In this document: piece after piece, positions 1 to 10,270 of the stretch
How positions within the stretch are numbered: the first letter of the stretch is position 1
Layout of the letters: each line of letters begins with the position of its first letter
DNA from: Tissierellia bacterium
Lineage (GTDB): Bacteria; Bacillota; Clostridia; Tissierellales; Peptoniphilaceae
Direction: 5' to 3'
DNA: 64,000 nt
Assembly: GCA_030537875.1 (NCBI GenBank)
Contig: JAUNVC010000006.1
Location: 614-64,613 of the forward strand
Notes under the pieces: model-generated
The model's input: only the letters and a program-made list of their open reading frames with translations
Database searches by the model: none
What the model was told of the DNA's origin: nothing
Translations under genes and position numbers: made by a program

Positions 1-3000
1 ATAGGGTTTTGTGATGGAAAAACCATCCGTCTGTTCCCGCCTGTACGAGATCATAAAACAATTTTTGAAGGGAACAGGGGCCCCAATACAGGAGGTATGG
101 GAACCTTTGCTCCAGATATGGAAGCAACTGTCTATGAAAAGGAGATTGAAAAAGAAATCGTTCGTCCTTTTATCAAAGCCCTGCAAAAATCAAAATTAGA
201 TTATCGTGGAATTGTATTTTTTGGACTCATGATCAATGAAAAAGGACCTAAGGTTCTAGAGATTAATGCTCGTTTTGGAGATCCCGAAACCCAATCGTTG
301 ATGCTTTTACTAGAAAGTGATTTGATTGATCTTATGACACACACCATAGATCAAACACTCAAAGAAACTTCCCTTGAAGTTAGAGATAAGAAAGTTGTGA
401 ACGTTGTTCTTGCCAGTGGTGGCTATCCCGATTCCTACGAAAAGGGAATGGAAATTTCTGGCACAGAGGGAGTAGATCATGCCACAATTTTTTATGGTGG
501 CGTAAAAGAAGAAAAGGGAAAACTCTTTACCGATGGTGGAAGGGTGCTATCCGTTGCTGCCAGTGGAGATGATTTTGAAATGGCCAGAAACTTGGCCTAT
601 AAGGGTATAGAGGCCATCTCGTTTCATGATTGCTACTATCGCAGAGATATTTCACCGGATGTACAACGGGTGTATGTATGGAAGAAGGAAGAATATGATG
701 TGCCTACCCACGGTATAAAGAAGTTGACAGAGGAACTCGGCATTCATCCGACAGGAATTCAGTATTACAAAAGATATGATCTAGAAGGTTTGAATGACAT
801 AGAATTAGATACTATCAAAGATACCATTCTTCGTGAACCGCCGGTGGATCATATTGCCATGGGACTAGATGCACTAAAGTTGCAAAAGACATTTGAAACA
901 GCTATTGTTAGAAAGTACAAGAAGGGGCAATTTGATCAGAGGTTGAAGGGACTTCTTGATACCATTCAATCGGTTCTACCTGGAGCTCAAGTGCATGGTA
1001 TTTGTGAAGAAGTGTTTACGTTCGAGGGAATCAACAGCGAAGAAAGACAAAAAATTAAGGATGCCCTCATCAATCCTGTGGATCAAGAAGAAGGAATTTT
1101 AATTGAGATACCTGCAACTTTAGATGTCCAAGCTCCTAAGAATATACAGGTGGATGTCTATGAAGGGTTTATCGATTTCAAAGAAAAGGAATTGGAAGAC
1201 TTTTACAATGAGTTAAACCCTGCCATGGATATTGAAGATTTAAAGGTTGTGCAAAACTATTTTCAATCTGAAGATCGCAATCCCACGGATACAGAGATGG
1301 CAATGCTTGACACCTATTGGTCAGATCATTGTAGACATACCACTTTCTTTACAGAGTTAACCGATATTCAATTCGCGGATGAAACACCCAGAGATAAGAT
1401 CATTCAACAGACCTATGAATCCTATTTGCAATTGAAAAAAGATGCCAAGGATTCAAAACCAGTTTCATTAATGAATTTGGGTACCATCCATGGAAAAGCC
1501 ATGAGGAAGAGAGGTCAACTAAAAGATGTGGAAGTGTCAGATGAAATCAATGCTTGTACATTGATCATCGATGCACATGTTGATGGACAAGATCAAGAAT
1601 ATTTGCTCTTCTTTAAAAACGAAACCCACAATCACCCCACAGAGATCGAACCATTTGGAGGAGCCCAAACCTGTCTTGGTGGCGCTATTCGAGATCCCTT
1701 ATCAGGACGGGGATACGTGTATCAAGCGATGCGCATCACAGGAGCAGCTGATCCCATAGAAGACCAACCCATGGAAGGTAAACTTCCTCAAAAGAAAATT
1801 ATCCAAGATGCACTTCGAGGGTATTCTTCCTATGGAAATCAGATAGGCCTTGCCACGGGCTATGTGGAAGAACTTTTTCACCCAGGATTTAAAGCTAAAA
1901 GAATGGAAGTCGGTGCCGTGATGGGTGCTGCGCCTAGAAAATATGTCAAGAGATTGCAGCCTGAGGAAGGCGATGTAATTGTTCTACTGGGTGGACGGAC
2001 AGGACGAGATGGAGTAGGTGGTGCCACAGGTTCTTCCAAGAGTCATACCGTGGAAAGTATAGAAGAGGCGGGTGCTGAAGTTCAAAAAGGCCATGCACCC
2101 ACAGAACGAAAAATTCAAAGATTGTTCCGTAGAGGAGAAGTGAGTTCCCTCATTAAAAAATGCAATGACTTTGGTGCCGGTGGTGTGTCGGTTGCCATTG
2201 GGGAATTGGCGGATAGTCTTGATATATATCTTCATCGTGTACCACTCAAGTATAGTGGACTTACTCCGAGAGAAATTGCAATTTCTGAATCTCAGGAGAG
2301 AATGGCAGTGGTCATTGACAGGGAACACCTTGATGTATTCTTGCAATATGCCGCTGAGGAAAATTTAGAAGCAACCCATGTGGCGGATGTAACCAATCAC
2401 GGCAGAGTTCGTATGTACTACGAGGATGTTTGTGTCTGCGACATGAAAAGAGAATTTCTCAACTCGACAGGTGCGAAACGCTCGCAAGATGTGGAAGTCA
2501 CTTCCATGGGAACTCCAAACTATTTGCAACCGCAAAATCGTGTCTTTGATGAAAAGAAACTTGAAGAGCTTTTATCCGGACTTCAACTCAGTTCTAGAAA
2601 AAATATGTTGGAAAACTTTGATTTCTCCGTAGGCAGATCCACAGTTGTGGCACCCTTGGGAGGGAAGAATCAATTGACACCCATTATGGCAATGGTTGCA
2701 AAATTACCTTCGGTCACCGATGATACGGATACGGTTTCTTATATGAGCTATGGATATATTCCCCAGCTTGCAGAAGAAGATCCCTTCTTAGGTGGTTATT
2801 ATGCTGTTATGAGTTCCTTGTGGAAAGCCGTTGCTGCAGGAGCACCATTGGAAACCATTCGCCTTTCTTTCCAAGAGTATTTCCAGAAATTAGGAGAAGA
2901 TAAGAGAATCTGGCAGAAACCCTTTGTATCCTTATTGGGGGCACTGAAAGCAACCATGCTAACAAATACACCTCCCATCGGAGGAAAGGATTCCATGAGC

Positions 3001-4344
3001 GGGACCTTTGAGGATCTTCATGTTCCTCCCACACTCATTTCCTTTGCCGTAGGCTATGGAAGCAAGAAACATGTGGTGACCAGTGAAATGAAGGGGAGTC
3101 TAAAGATTGGTTTGATTCAACCAAACTTTGATGAGACAGGACTCCCAACAGATGCATCTGTGACCGAAACTCTGACCATGTTACAAAGAGAAATTCAATC
3201 GGGCAATATTCAAACAGCATATGTGGTGGATCGAGATAGTGTGGATACGGCACTTATGAAAATGAGCTTTGGAAATGACATTGGGTTTGAGGTTGAAATG
3301 AGCGATGATGTGCTACAATCCATGAATCCATTACGAATTTTGGTAGAATATGAAAGAGATGTGCCAGGGATTGAACCCATGGGCAAATCCGGCGGACAGG
3401 AATGTATCATCAATGGTCAAACACTGGATTATCATCGTTTGAAACACTCCTTTATCCATGGAATGGATCCAGTATATGGAACGGATGACGTCACTGAGGG
3501 GAAAGATATATTTTTCAACAATGAGCGAAAAAGAAGAGTCAAGAGCACAAAACCCACCGATGTGGTGAAGGTTGTTATTCCCGTATTTGAAGGTACCAAT
3601 AGCGAATATGATTCTGCATTGGCATTTCGTAGAGCGGGTGCCGTGGTAGAAGAATGCATCATTCGAAATCTGGATTCCGAGGTACTTCAAGATTCATTGG
3701 ACACCTTTGCAGAAATGATTAAAAGGAGCCAAATATTGTTTATTCCTGGTGGATTTTCAATGAGTGATGAACCAGATGGATCTGCAAAATTTATTGCCAA
3801 TGTATTACGCAATAAAAAAGTTAAGTCGGCCATAGAATATTTGTTGGATGAAGAAGGACAGGATGGCTTAATCTTGGGGATATGCAATGGTTTTCAGGCG
3901 CTTGTAAAAGTAGGTCTACTGCCGTACGGCAAGTGTGTTGATTTGAAAGAAGATGATCCCACCTTGACATTTAATAGAGTGGGTCGCCATATATCTAAGA
4001 TCATTCCTACAAAAGCAACAACTTTAGACTCTCCTTGGTTACGTCATATAAAACGGGGTGAAGTCTATCATGTGCCAATTTCTCATGGAGAAGGAAGATT
4101 TGTTGTGGATGAAAAGCTATATGAAGAACTTAAAAAGAACAACCAAATTGCTTTCAAGTATTTGGAAAATCCCAATGGATCTGCCTATGACATTGAGGGA
4201 TTGATGGATCCCTCTGGAAAAATTCTCGGGAAAATGGGCCATTCTGAAAGAGTATCAGAAGATACTTACGTAAATTATCCCGACGTAGAGATAGAAGATT
4301 TATTTTCAGCAGGAGTGGAATTTTTTGCCAAAGATGGAGAATAA
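1..4344 (+). CDS. purL: PurD (GAR synthetase, C-terminal part) fused in frame to large PurL (FGAM synthase with glutaminase domain); 5' end lies outside the window
   Basis: Frame is open from base 1 (IGFCDGK...DHKTIFEGNRGPNTGGMG). PurD motifs EINARFGDPE, GGRVL and YYRRDI are followed without a stop by PurL motifs WSDHCRH, KNETHNHPTEIEPFGGA, DFGAGG, ISESQERM, GGKDSMSG, GICNGFQ and GHSER. Confidence 0.93.
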   Translation: MGFCDGKTIRLFPPVRDHKTIFEGNRGPNTGGMGTFAPDMEATVYEKEIEKEIVRPFIKALQKSKLDYRGIVFFGLMINEKGPKVLEINARFGDPETQSLMLLLESDLIDLMTHTIDQTLKETSLEVRDKKVVNVVLASGGYPDSYEKGMEISGTEGVDHATIFYGGVKEEKGKLFTDGGRVLSVAASGDDFEMARNLAYKGIEAISFHDCYYRRDISPDVQRVYVWKKEEYDVPTHGIKKLTEELGIHPTGIQYYKRYDLEGLNDIELDTIKDTILREPPVDHIAMGLDALKLQKTFETAIVRKYKKGQFDQRLKGLLDTIQSVLPGAQVHGICEEVFTFEGINSEERQKIKDALINPVDQEEGILIEIPATLDVQAPKNIQVDVYEGFIDFKEKELEDFYNELNPAMDIEDLKVVQNYFQSEDRNPTDTEMAMLDTYWSDHCRHTTFFTELTDIQFADETPRDKIIQQTYESYLQLKKDAKDSKPVSLMNLGTIHGKAMRKRGQLKDVEVSDEINACTLIIDAHVDGQDQEYLLFFKNETHNHPTEIEPFGGAQTCLGGAIRDPLSGRGYVYQAMRITGAADPIEDQPMEGKLPQKKIIQDALRGYSSYGNQIGLATGYVEELFHPGFKAKRMEVGAVMGAAPRKYVKRLQPEEGDVIVLLGGRTGRDGVGGATGSSKSHTVESIEEAGAEVQKGHAPTERKIQRLFRRGEVSSLIKKCNDFGAGGVSVAIGELADSLDIYLHRVPLKYSGLTPREIAISESQERMAVVIDREHLDVFLQYAAEENLEATHVADVTNHGRVRMYYEDVCVCDMKREFLNSTGAKRSQDVEVTSMGTPNYLQPQNRVFDEKKLEELLSGLQLSSRKNMLENFDFSVGRSTVVAPLGGKNQLTPIMAMVAKLPSVTDDTDTVSYMSYGYIPQLAEEDPFLGGYYAVMSSLWKAVAAGAPLETIRLSFQEYFQKLGEDKRIWQKPFVSLLGALKATMLTNTPPIGGKDSMSGTFEDLHVPPTLISFAVGYGSKKHVVTSEMKGSLKIGLIQPNFDETGLPTDASVTETLTMLQREIQSGNIQTAYVVDRDSVDTALMKMSFGNDIGFEVEMSDDVLQSMNPLRILVEYERDVPGIEPMGKSGGQECIINGQTLDYHRLKHSFIHGMDPVYGTDDVTEGKDIFFNNERKRRVKSTKPTDVVKVVIPVFEGTNSEYDSALAFRRAGAVVEECIIRNLDSEVLQDSLDTFAEMIKRSQILFIPGGFSMSDEPDGSAKFIANVLRNKKVKSAIEYLLDEEGQDGLILGICNGFQALVKVGLLPYGKCVDLKEDDPTLTFNRVGRHISKIIPTKATTLDSPWLRHIKRGEVYHVPISHGEGRFVVDEKLYEELKKNNQIAFKYLENPNGSAYDIEGLMDPSGKILGKMGHSERVSEDTYVNYPDVEIEDLFSAGVEFFAKDGE

Positions 4345-4364
4345 AAGATTTTGAACTAGAAGAA

Positions 4365-4397
4365 CCCCTGTGGGTAGAAACCCATAGGGGCTTTTTG
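4365..4397 (+). terminator. Intrinsic terminator after purD-purL
   Basis: CCCCTGTGGGT-AGAA-ACCCATAGGGG hairpin followed by CTTTTTG. Confidence 0.8.
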
Positions 4398-4617
4398 TGT
4401 ACCGCATAGGAGAGAAAACAATAAAATCTCCTAATCATAGTAAGTTTGTGGTATAGATAAATATTTTTAGGGATAGTGGTCATTTTAGTATCACCAAACC
4501 TATCCAATAGAGGAATTATTTATGAAATTTTCAGCGTGTTTATCATCTTTAATTCCTTCATTATATCTTTTGATGATAAGGACTTGGTATTAGATGAAAT
4601 GAAAAATATCTGCAATC

Positions 4618-4652
4618 AAAAATCCTTCTTCCATCACAGAAGAAGGATTTTT
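4618..4652. terminator. Bidirectional intrinsic terminator at the 3' end of ppdK
   Basis: AAAAATCCTTCTTC-N7-GAAGAAGGATTTTT perfect inverted repeat with T tracts on both strands. Confidence 0.85.
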
Positions 4653-4656
4653 AAAA

Positions 4657-7278
4657 TTATTTTTCTTCTTTAATTGCAGCTTGTGCTGCGGAAAGCCTTG
4701 CAATGGGAACACGATAGGGGGAACAGCTCACATAATCCAATCCTATGGATGCACAAAACTCAATGGAGTGAGGATCTCCACCATGTTCTCCACATATACC
4801 GACGTGAAGATCTCTGTTGGCTCCTCTTCCAAGTTTCGTCGCCATAGCAATGAGTTTACCCACGCCCTCCGTATCCAGGGTTTCAAAGGGTGAAACTTTA
4901 TATATATTATGGGAGATATAGTCGCTGATATATTTCCCACTGTCATCTCTTGAGTATCCAAAGGTCATTTGGGTCATGTCATTGGTTCCATAACTAAAGA
5001 AATCGGCTTCCTCTGCAATCTCATCAGCCAATAGAGCAGCTCTTGGAACTTCAATCATGGTTCCGATAAGAATGGGAATACGTTTTCCTTGTTCTTGGAA
5101 AACCAGTTCAATCTCTTCCTTGATCTCACTTTTTACAAAGGCAAGTTCTTTTCTATCACCGATGAGTGGAATCATTATTTCAGGATGAACCTCACATCTA
5201 TCGCAGATTGAAAGCGCTGCTTCCACAATGGCCCGTGCTTGCATCCTGTAAATTTCTGGATAACTAACGGCTAAACGAACGCCACGATGCCCCAACATTG
5301 GGTTAAACTCTTTCAATTCTTCAATGCGATCCTTTAATACAACGGGCTCGATATTCATATCTCTAGCGATGCCTTCAATATCTTCATCCTTGGTTGGCAG
5401 AAACTCATGAAGAGGTGGATCCAATAAACGAATGGTTACGGGATACCCAGCCATGGATTCCAGGATACCAGCGAAATCCTCTCTCTGGTACGGAAGAAGT
5501 TGCTCCAGTGCATCTTCTCTTTCGTTTTTGTTACCTGCAAGAATCATTTTTCGCACAGTTTTAATCCTCTTTTCATCAAAGAACATGTGTTCTGTACGAC
5601 AAAGGCCAATTCCTTCCGCTCCAAACTCTCGAGCAATTTTTGCATCCTTCGGTGTATCCGCGTTGGTTCTTACGTTTAGTTTTCTCGCCTTGTCGGCCCA
5701 CTCCATAAAGGTTTCAAAGCTTCCACTTAATTGAGGCTCAATCTTCTTAATTTCACCAACATAAACGTTTCCGGTGGTTCCGTCAATGGATATGATGTCA
5801 TTTTCTTTGATTTCCAGCCCACTCTTTGACTTGATGATATGATTCTTTTCATCAACCCGGAACTCGCTGCATCCTGCAACACAACATTTTCCCATACCCC
5901 GCGCTACAACAGCTGCGTGAGAGGTCATACCTCCACGGGCAGTAAGGATTCCCTCTGCTAAAACCATTCCGTCAATGTCTTCTGGGGAGGTTTCTTCTCG
6001 AACTAAGATGGTCCGAATGCCTTCGGCGTGTTTTTTCTTTACTGCCTCCGGCGTAAAAGCGACCACACCTGATGCAGCACCAGGGGAAGCTGGTAATCCC
6101 TTTGTAATGGGAGTCACACTCTTAAGTTGCTCAGGATCAAATTGATAATGCATCAATTGATTTAAGGATTGAGGATCCAACATGAGCAGGGCTTCCTCTC
6201 TTGTAATGAGACCCTCGTTTACCATGTCCACAGCAATATTCAACGCAGCTTTACCGGTTCGTTTTCCATTTCTGGTTTGGAGGAAATACAACTTTCCGTC
6301 TTCAATGGTAAACTCAACGTCTTGCATATCCTTATAATGTTTCTCTAGATTGCGAATAATATCCACAAATGTGTAATATATATCCTCATTTACTTTTTTC
6401 AAGAAGGATATATCATTGGGGGTACGAATGCCTGCAACGACATCCTCTCCCTGTGCATTCATGAGAAATTCTCCAAATAATTCATTTTCACCTGTAGCAG
6501 GATTTCGAGAGAAACAAACACCGGTACCACTTTCTTCTCCCATATTTCCAAATACCATAGATTGTACGTTTACGGCAGTACCTAAAGTATCATCTATTCT
6601 ATGAAGACGTCTGTAAGTAATGGCCCGTGGATTCATCCAACTTTTGAAAACGGCGGTGATGGAAAGTGTGAGTTGTTCCACTGGATCCACTGGGAAGTCT
6701 TGTTTTTTATGTTTTTTGTAGACTTCTTTATAGCGTCGAACAATCTCATGAAGTCCTTCCAAAGAAAGATCACAATCGTTCTTTGCGCCTTCTTTTTCTT
6801 TTATCTCTTCCAAGATGTCATCGAATTCATATTTTGGAATTTCCATGGCTACATCGGAAAACATTTGGATAAATCTTCTATAACTGTCCCAAGCAAAATG
6901 AGGATTTCCGGATTTATTAGCTAAGGCCTCGACGGTTTGATCGTTCAATCCAAGGTTTAAGATGGTATCCATCATTCCAGGCATGGAAACAACGGCACCG
7001 GATCGAACAGAGAAGAGTAGAGGATTGGTATGGGATCCGAACTCTTTTTGTGTACTTTTTTCTACTTTTTTAATCATTTCAAAACATTGATCCATAAGAC
7101 CATCAGACAGAGCTTCTTGGTTTGCATAAAATGCTTTACAAGCTTCTGTGGTGATGATAAATCCTGGAGGAACAGGTATACCTAGATTGGTCATCTCAGA
7201 TAAGTTCGCACCTTTTCCTCCTAGTAAAGATCGCATTGAAGCATTGCCTTCATCAAAACTATACACGTATTTTTCCAT
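4657..7278 (-). CDS. ppdK: Pyruvate, phosphate dikinase
   Basis: 873 aa; GGKGANL, SVRSGA..SMPGMM, GGMTSHAAVVARG (regulatory Thr and catalytic His), GICGEHGG; AAGGAGG RBS. Confidence 0.98.
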   Translation of the reverse strand: MEKYVYSFDEGNASMRSLLGGKGANLSEMTNLGIPVPPGFIITTEACKAFYANQEALSDGLMDQCFEMIKKVEKSTQKEFGSHTNPLLFSVRSGAVVSMPGMMDTILNLGLNDQTVEALANKSGNPHFAWDSYRRFIQMFSDVAMEIPKYEFDDILEEIKEKEGAKNDCDLSLEGLHEIVRRYKEVYKKHKKQDFPVDPVEQLTLSITAVFKSWMNPRAITYRRLHRIDDTLGTAVNVQSMVFGNMGEESGTGVCFSRNPATGENELFGEFLMNAQGEDVVAGIRTPNDISFLKKVNEDIYYTFVDIIRNLEKHYKDMQDVEFTIEDGKLYFLQTRNGKRTGKAALNIAVDMVNEGLITREEALLMLDPQSLNQLMHYQFDPEQLKSVTPITKGLPASPGAASGVVAFTPEAVKKKHAEGIRTILVREETSPEDIDGMVLAEGILTARGGMTSHAAVVARGMGKCCVAGCSEFRVDEKNHIIKSKSGLEIKENDIISIDGTTGNVYVGEIKKIEPQLSGSFETFMEWADKARKLNVRTNADTPKDAKIAREFGAEGIGLCRTEHMFFDEKRIKTVRKMILAGNKNEREDALEQLLPYQREDFAGILESMAGYPVTIRLLDPPLHEFLPTKDEDIEGIARDMNIEPVVLKDRIEELKEFNPMLGHRGVRLAVSYPEIYRMQARAIVEAALSICDRCEVHPEIMIPLIGDRKELAFVKSEIKEEIELVFQEQGKRIPILIGTMIEVPRAALLADEIAEEADFFSYGTNDMTQMTFGYSRDDSGKYISDYISHNIYKVSPFETLDTEGVGKLIAMATKLGRGANRDLHVGICGEHGGDPHSIEFCASIGLDYVSCSPYRVPIARLSAAQAAIKEEK

Positions 7279-7287
7279 ACATCCTCC

Positions 7288-7725
7288 TTATTTTCCGATT
7301 CTATTCTTTATAAATTCTGCCGCTTCTTCTATGGAATAATCATCCATTGAAAGGATGGCAATCCTCAACTGATGATATATGTCTTGAACGTACTCCAATT
7401 CGGAGAATACACGCTCAAGAGAGCCATAATTTGATTCCAGTCCTAAAAACTGTTCCCTAGTTTTTCGAATTTGCACCAGAGATTCGGGTTTTCGAATCAA
7501 CCCAATTATCTTTTTTCGTGGCAAGTCAGCCAATTTCCTATTCCATGGGATTTCTGGAACCAATGGTATGTTGGCAGCTTGAATACCCAAATATCCTAAA
7601 TAATAGCATAGGGGAGTTTTTCCCACTCGAGAAGGACCGAGAATGATACAATCTGCAGTTTCAATGTCCTCTATAAGTTTCCCGTCATCATATCTTTCAT
7701 TGAATTGAAAGCAATCAAAATTCAT
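7288..7725 (-). CDS. Short (C-terminal half only) kinase/pyrophosphorylase PDRP/PpsR (DUF299) homolog
   Basis: 145 aa; YDDGK, GPSRVGKTP, AANIPLVPE, SIEEAA match the second half of the full-length paralog at 29161-29979; GAGGTG RBS. Confidence 0.85.
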   Translation of the reverse strand: MNFDCFQFNERYDDGKLIEDIETADCIILGPSRVGKTPLCYYLGYLGIQAANIPLVPEIPWNRKLADLPRKKIIGLIRKPESLVQIRKTREQFLGLESNYGSLERVFSELEYVQDIYHQLRIAILSMDDYSIEEAAEFIKNRIGK

Positions 7726-7743
7726 GGCTTCACCTCGCTTCTA

Positions 7744-7752
7744 ATTATAGCA
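7744..7752 (-). promoter_or_regulatory. Extended -10 promoter for the half-PDRP/ppdK operon
   Basis: TGcTATAAT on the minus strand just upstream of the RBS. Confidence 0.55.
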
Positions 7753-7809
7753 TAAATTTGATTTTTTTCCATAGATGTTTTCCTAAGGGAATCAGCCTAG
7801 GAGTTTATC

Positions 7810-7838
7810 TTGAATAAAAGTGTTAAAAATGGTATACT
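7810..7838 (+). promoter_or_regulatory. SigA-type promoter for lepB-lepA-hemW
   Basis: TTGAAT-N17-TATACT with TG extension. Confidence 0.6.
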
Positions 7839-7872
7839 TAGATAGATTTTTATAGTAGATGGGAGTTATCAA

Positions 7873-8466
7873 ATGGAACGAAAGCCTAAAAAAATAAATG
7901 AATTGAATCAGCAGGAATTAAACGGAGAATCGAAACCTACAGATGTGAAAAAAGAAGTTTTTGAATGGATAAAATCCCTAGGTTTTGCCGTTGTAGCTGC
8001 CGTCTTAATTACACGGTATGTATTTACATTTACTGTGGTGGATGGGGAGAGCATGTTTCCCACCTTACACAACAAAGATCGATTGATTGAATTGAAGATT
8101 GATAAGTATATTCGCTCCTATTCCTATGGAGACATTGTGGTTATCAAAGATAAAGTACAAACAATGAACAACTATTATGTCAAAAGAATCATTGCGATGC
8201 CTGGCGATACAATCAAGATTTATGCTGGAAACGTATATCTTAATGGATCTTTATTGCAAGAACCATATATCTATTCGACGGAATTTGGCACGCAGGGAGA
8301 CTTGGAAGTGACCTTGAAAGAGGATGAGTACTTTGTCATGGGAGATAACCGTAAGTGGGGAGCCAGTCGTGACTCAAGAATTTTTGGTCCTGTGAAGAAA
8401 AAGAGCATTGGTGGCAGATGTGTTATTATCATGTATCCTCTGGACCGTATAGGAGAATTAAAATAA
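7873..8466 (+). CDS. lepB: Signal peptidase I
   Basis: Single TM segment, [24 protein letters not shown]. Confidence 0.95.
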   Translation: MERKPKKINELNQQELNGESKPTDVKKEVFEWIKSLGFAVVAAVLITRYVFTFTVVDGESMFPTLHNKDRLIELKIDKYIRSYSYGDIVVIKDKVQTMNNYYVKRIIAMPGDTIKIYAGNVYLNGSLLQEPYIYSTEFGTQGDLEVTLKEDEYFVMGDNRKWGASRDSRIFGPVKKKSIGGRCVIIMYPLDRIGELK

Positions 8467-8467
8467 A

Positions 8468-10270
8468 ATGGATAGAAGTTTAATACGAAATTTTTCAATC
8501 ATTGCACATATAGATCACGGGAAGTCGACTTTGGCAGATCGTCTCTTAGAGGTTACCAAAACCGTACAACAACGGGATTTAAAAGCTCAATTGTTGGACA
8601 GCATGGATTTGGAAAGAGAACGGGGAATTACCATCAAGTTAAAGGCAATACGCATTTTGTATGATAGCAAAGATGGGAAAACATATACGCTGAATTTAAT
8701 TGACACACCTGGACACGTGGACTTTAACTATGAAGTTTCACGTTCCTTGGCTGCTTGTGAAGGTGCAGTTTTGGTAGTGGACGCAAGTCAAGGTGTGGAA
8801 GCACAAACTCTGGCCAATGTATATTTGGCATTGGATCAGGACTTAGAAATTTTGCCCGTTATCAATAAAATGGACTTACCTAGTGCGAGACCAGAGGAAG
8901 TGAAAACGGAGATAGAAGATCTCATCGGTTTAGATGCAGAAGATGCTCCCTTGATTTCAGCAAAGACAGGATTAAATATAGAGGATGTATTGGAGGCCAT
9001 CGTTCAGAAAGTGCCTGCACCTGAGGGGGATGATAAAGCACCATTGAAGGCCTTGGTTTTTGATTCCTATTATGATCAGTATCTGGGCGTAGTATGTTAT
9101 ATTCGGGTATTTGAAGGAAGCATACGTGCTGGTATGGAGATTAAAATGATGGCCACGGGTAAAGTATTTGAAGTGACAGAAGTGGGCATAAATAACACTA
9201 CCATGCTCAAAGTTCCTGAATTGAAGGCCGGAGACGTAGGCTATTTTACCGCAGCAATCAAAGAAGTAAAAGATGCACGTGTAGGTGATACGGTGACGGA
9301 TAATGCCAATCCAACGGCGGAGAGTCTACCCGGATACAAAAAAGTCGTACCCATGGTATATTGCGGTATCTATCCAACGGATGGGCAAGATTATAATACG
9401 GTTCGGGAAGCCCTTGAAAAGCTACAAGTCAATGATGCATCCTTGGTCTTTGAACCAGAGACTTCCAAGGCTCTTGGATTTGGTTTTCGATGTGGATTTT
9501 TGGGTCTTCTTCATATGGAAATTTTACAGGAAAGAATGGACCGTGAGTTTGATTTAAACATTATTGCTACGGCACCAAGTGTCATTTACAAAGTTCATAA
9601 AACCGATGGAACGGTTGAGAATATACAAAACCCAACGAATTTACCGAAAGAAAGTTTAATTGACTATATTGAAGAACCCATGGTCGATGCTGAGATTATG
9701 GCACCCCAAGAATATGTGGGTAACATCATGGAGATTTGTATTGACAGACGTGGAGAATACAAGGGGATGGAATATTTGGACGAGCGCAGAGTGATGATTC
9801 GTTTTAAAATCCCCTTGAATGAAGTTATCTATGATTTCTTTGATGCTCTGAAATCAAACACAAAAGGCTATGCTTCCTTGGATTATGAATTGGCAGGGTA
9901 TCAGAGAAGTGATTTGGTGAAATTAGATGTACTCATCAATGGAGAATTGGTTGATGCTTTTAGTTTAATTGTTCATGAAAGCAAGGCCTATACAAGGGGG
10001 CGTGACATCGCAGAGCGCTTAAAAGATGTCATTCCAAGACATCAGTTTGCGGTACCCATCCAGGCTGCCATTGGTTCTAAAATCATTGCCAGAGAAACGA
10101 TTCGTGCTCTTCGCAAAGACGTATTAGCCAAATGTTATGGTGGAGACATATCTAGAAAGAAAAAACTACTAGAGAAGCAAAAAGAAGGAAAGAAAAAAAT
10201 GAGGTCCGTTGGTAGTGTAGATGTACCACAAGAAGCGTTCCTCGAAGTTTTGAAATACAAAGAAAAATGA
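8468..10270 (+). CDS. lepA: Elongation factor 4
   Basis: [32 protein letters not shown]. Confidence 0.98.
   Translation: MDRSLIRNFSIIAHIDHGKSTLADRLLEVTKTVQQRDLKAQLLDSMDLERERGITIKLKAIRILYDSKDGKTYTLNLIDTPGHVDFNYEVSRSLAACEGAVLVVDASQGVEAQTLANVYLALDQDLEILPVINKMDLPSARPEEVKTEIEDLIGLDAEDAPLISAKTGLNIEDVLEAIVQKVPAPEGDDKAPLKALVFDSYYDQYLGVVCYIRVFEGSIRAGMEIKMMATGKVFEVTEVGINNTTMLKVPELKAGDVGYFTAAIKEVKDARVGDTVTDNANPTAESLPGYKKVVPMVYCGIYPTDGQDYNTVREALEKLQVNDASLVFEPETSKALGFGFRCGFLGLLHMEILQERMDREFDLNIIATAPSVIYKVHKTDGTVENIQNPTNLPKESLIDYIEEPMVDAEIMAPQEYVGNIMEICIDRRGEYKGMEYLDERRVMIRFKIPLNEVIYDFFDALKSNTKGYASLDYELAGYQRSDLVKLDVLINGELVDAFSLIVHESKAYTRGRDIAERLKDVIPRHQFAVPIQAAIGSKIIARETIRALRKDVLAKCYGGDISRKKKLLEKQKEGKKKMRSVGSVDVPQEAFLEVLKYKEK

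Noticed and set aside
4154-4673. ORF-track entries 4154-4507 (-) and 4476-4673 (+)
   Set aside because: They cross terminators or overlap real genes, and have no RBS or recognisable motifs.
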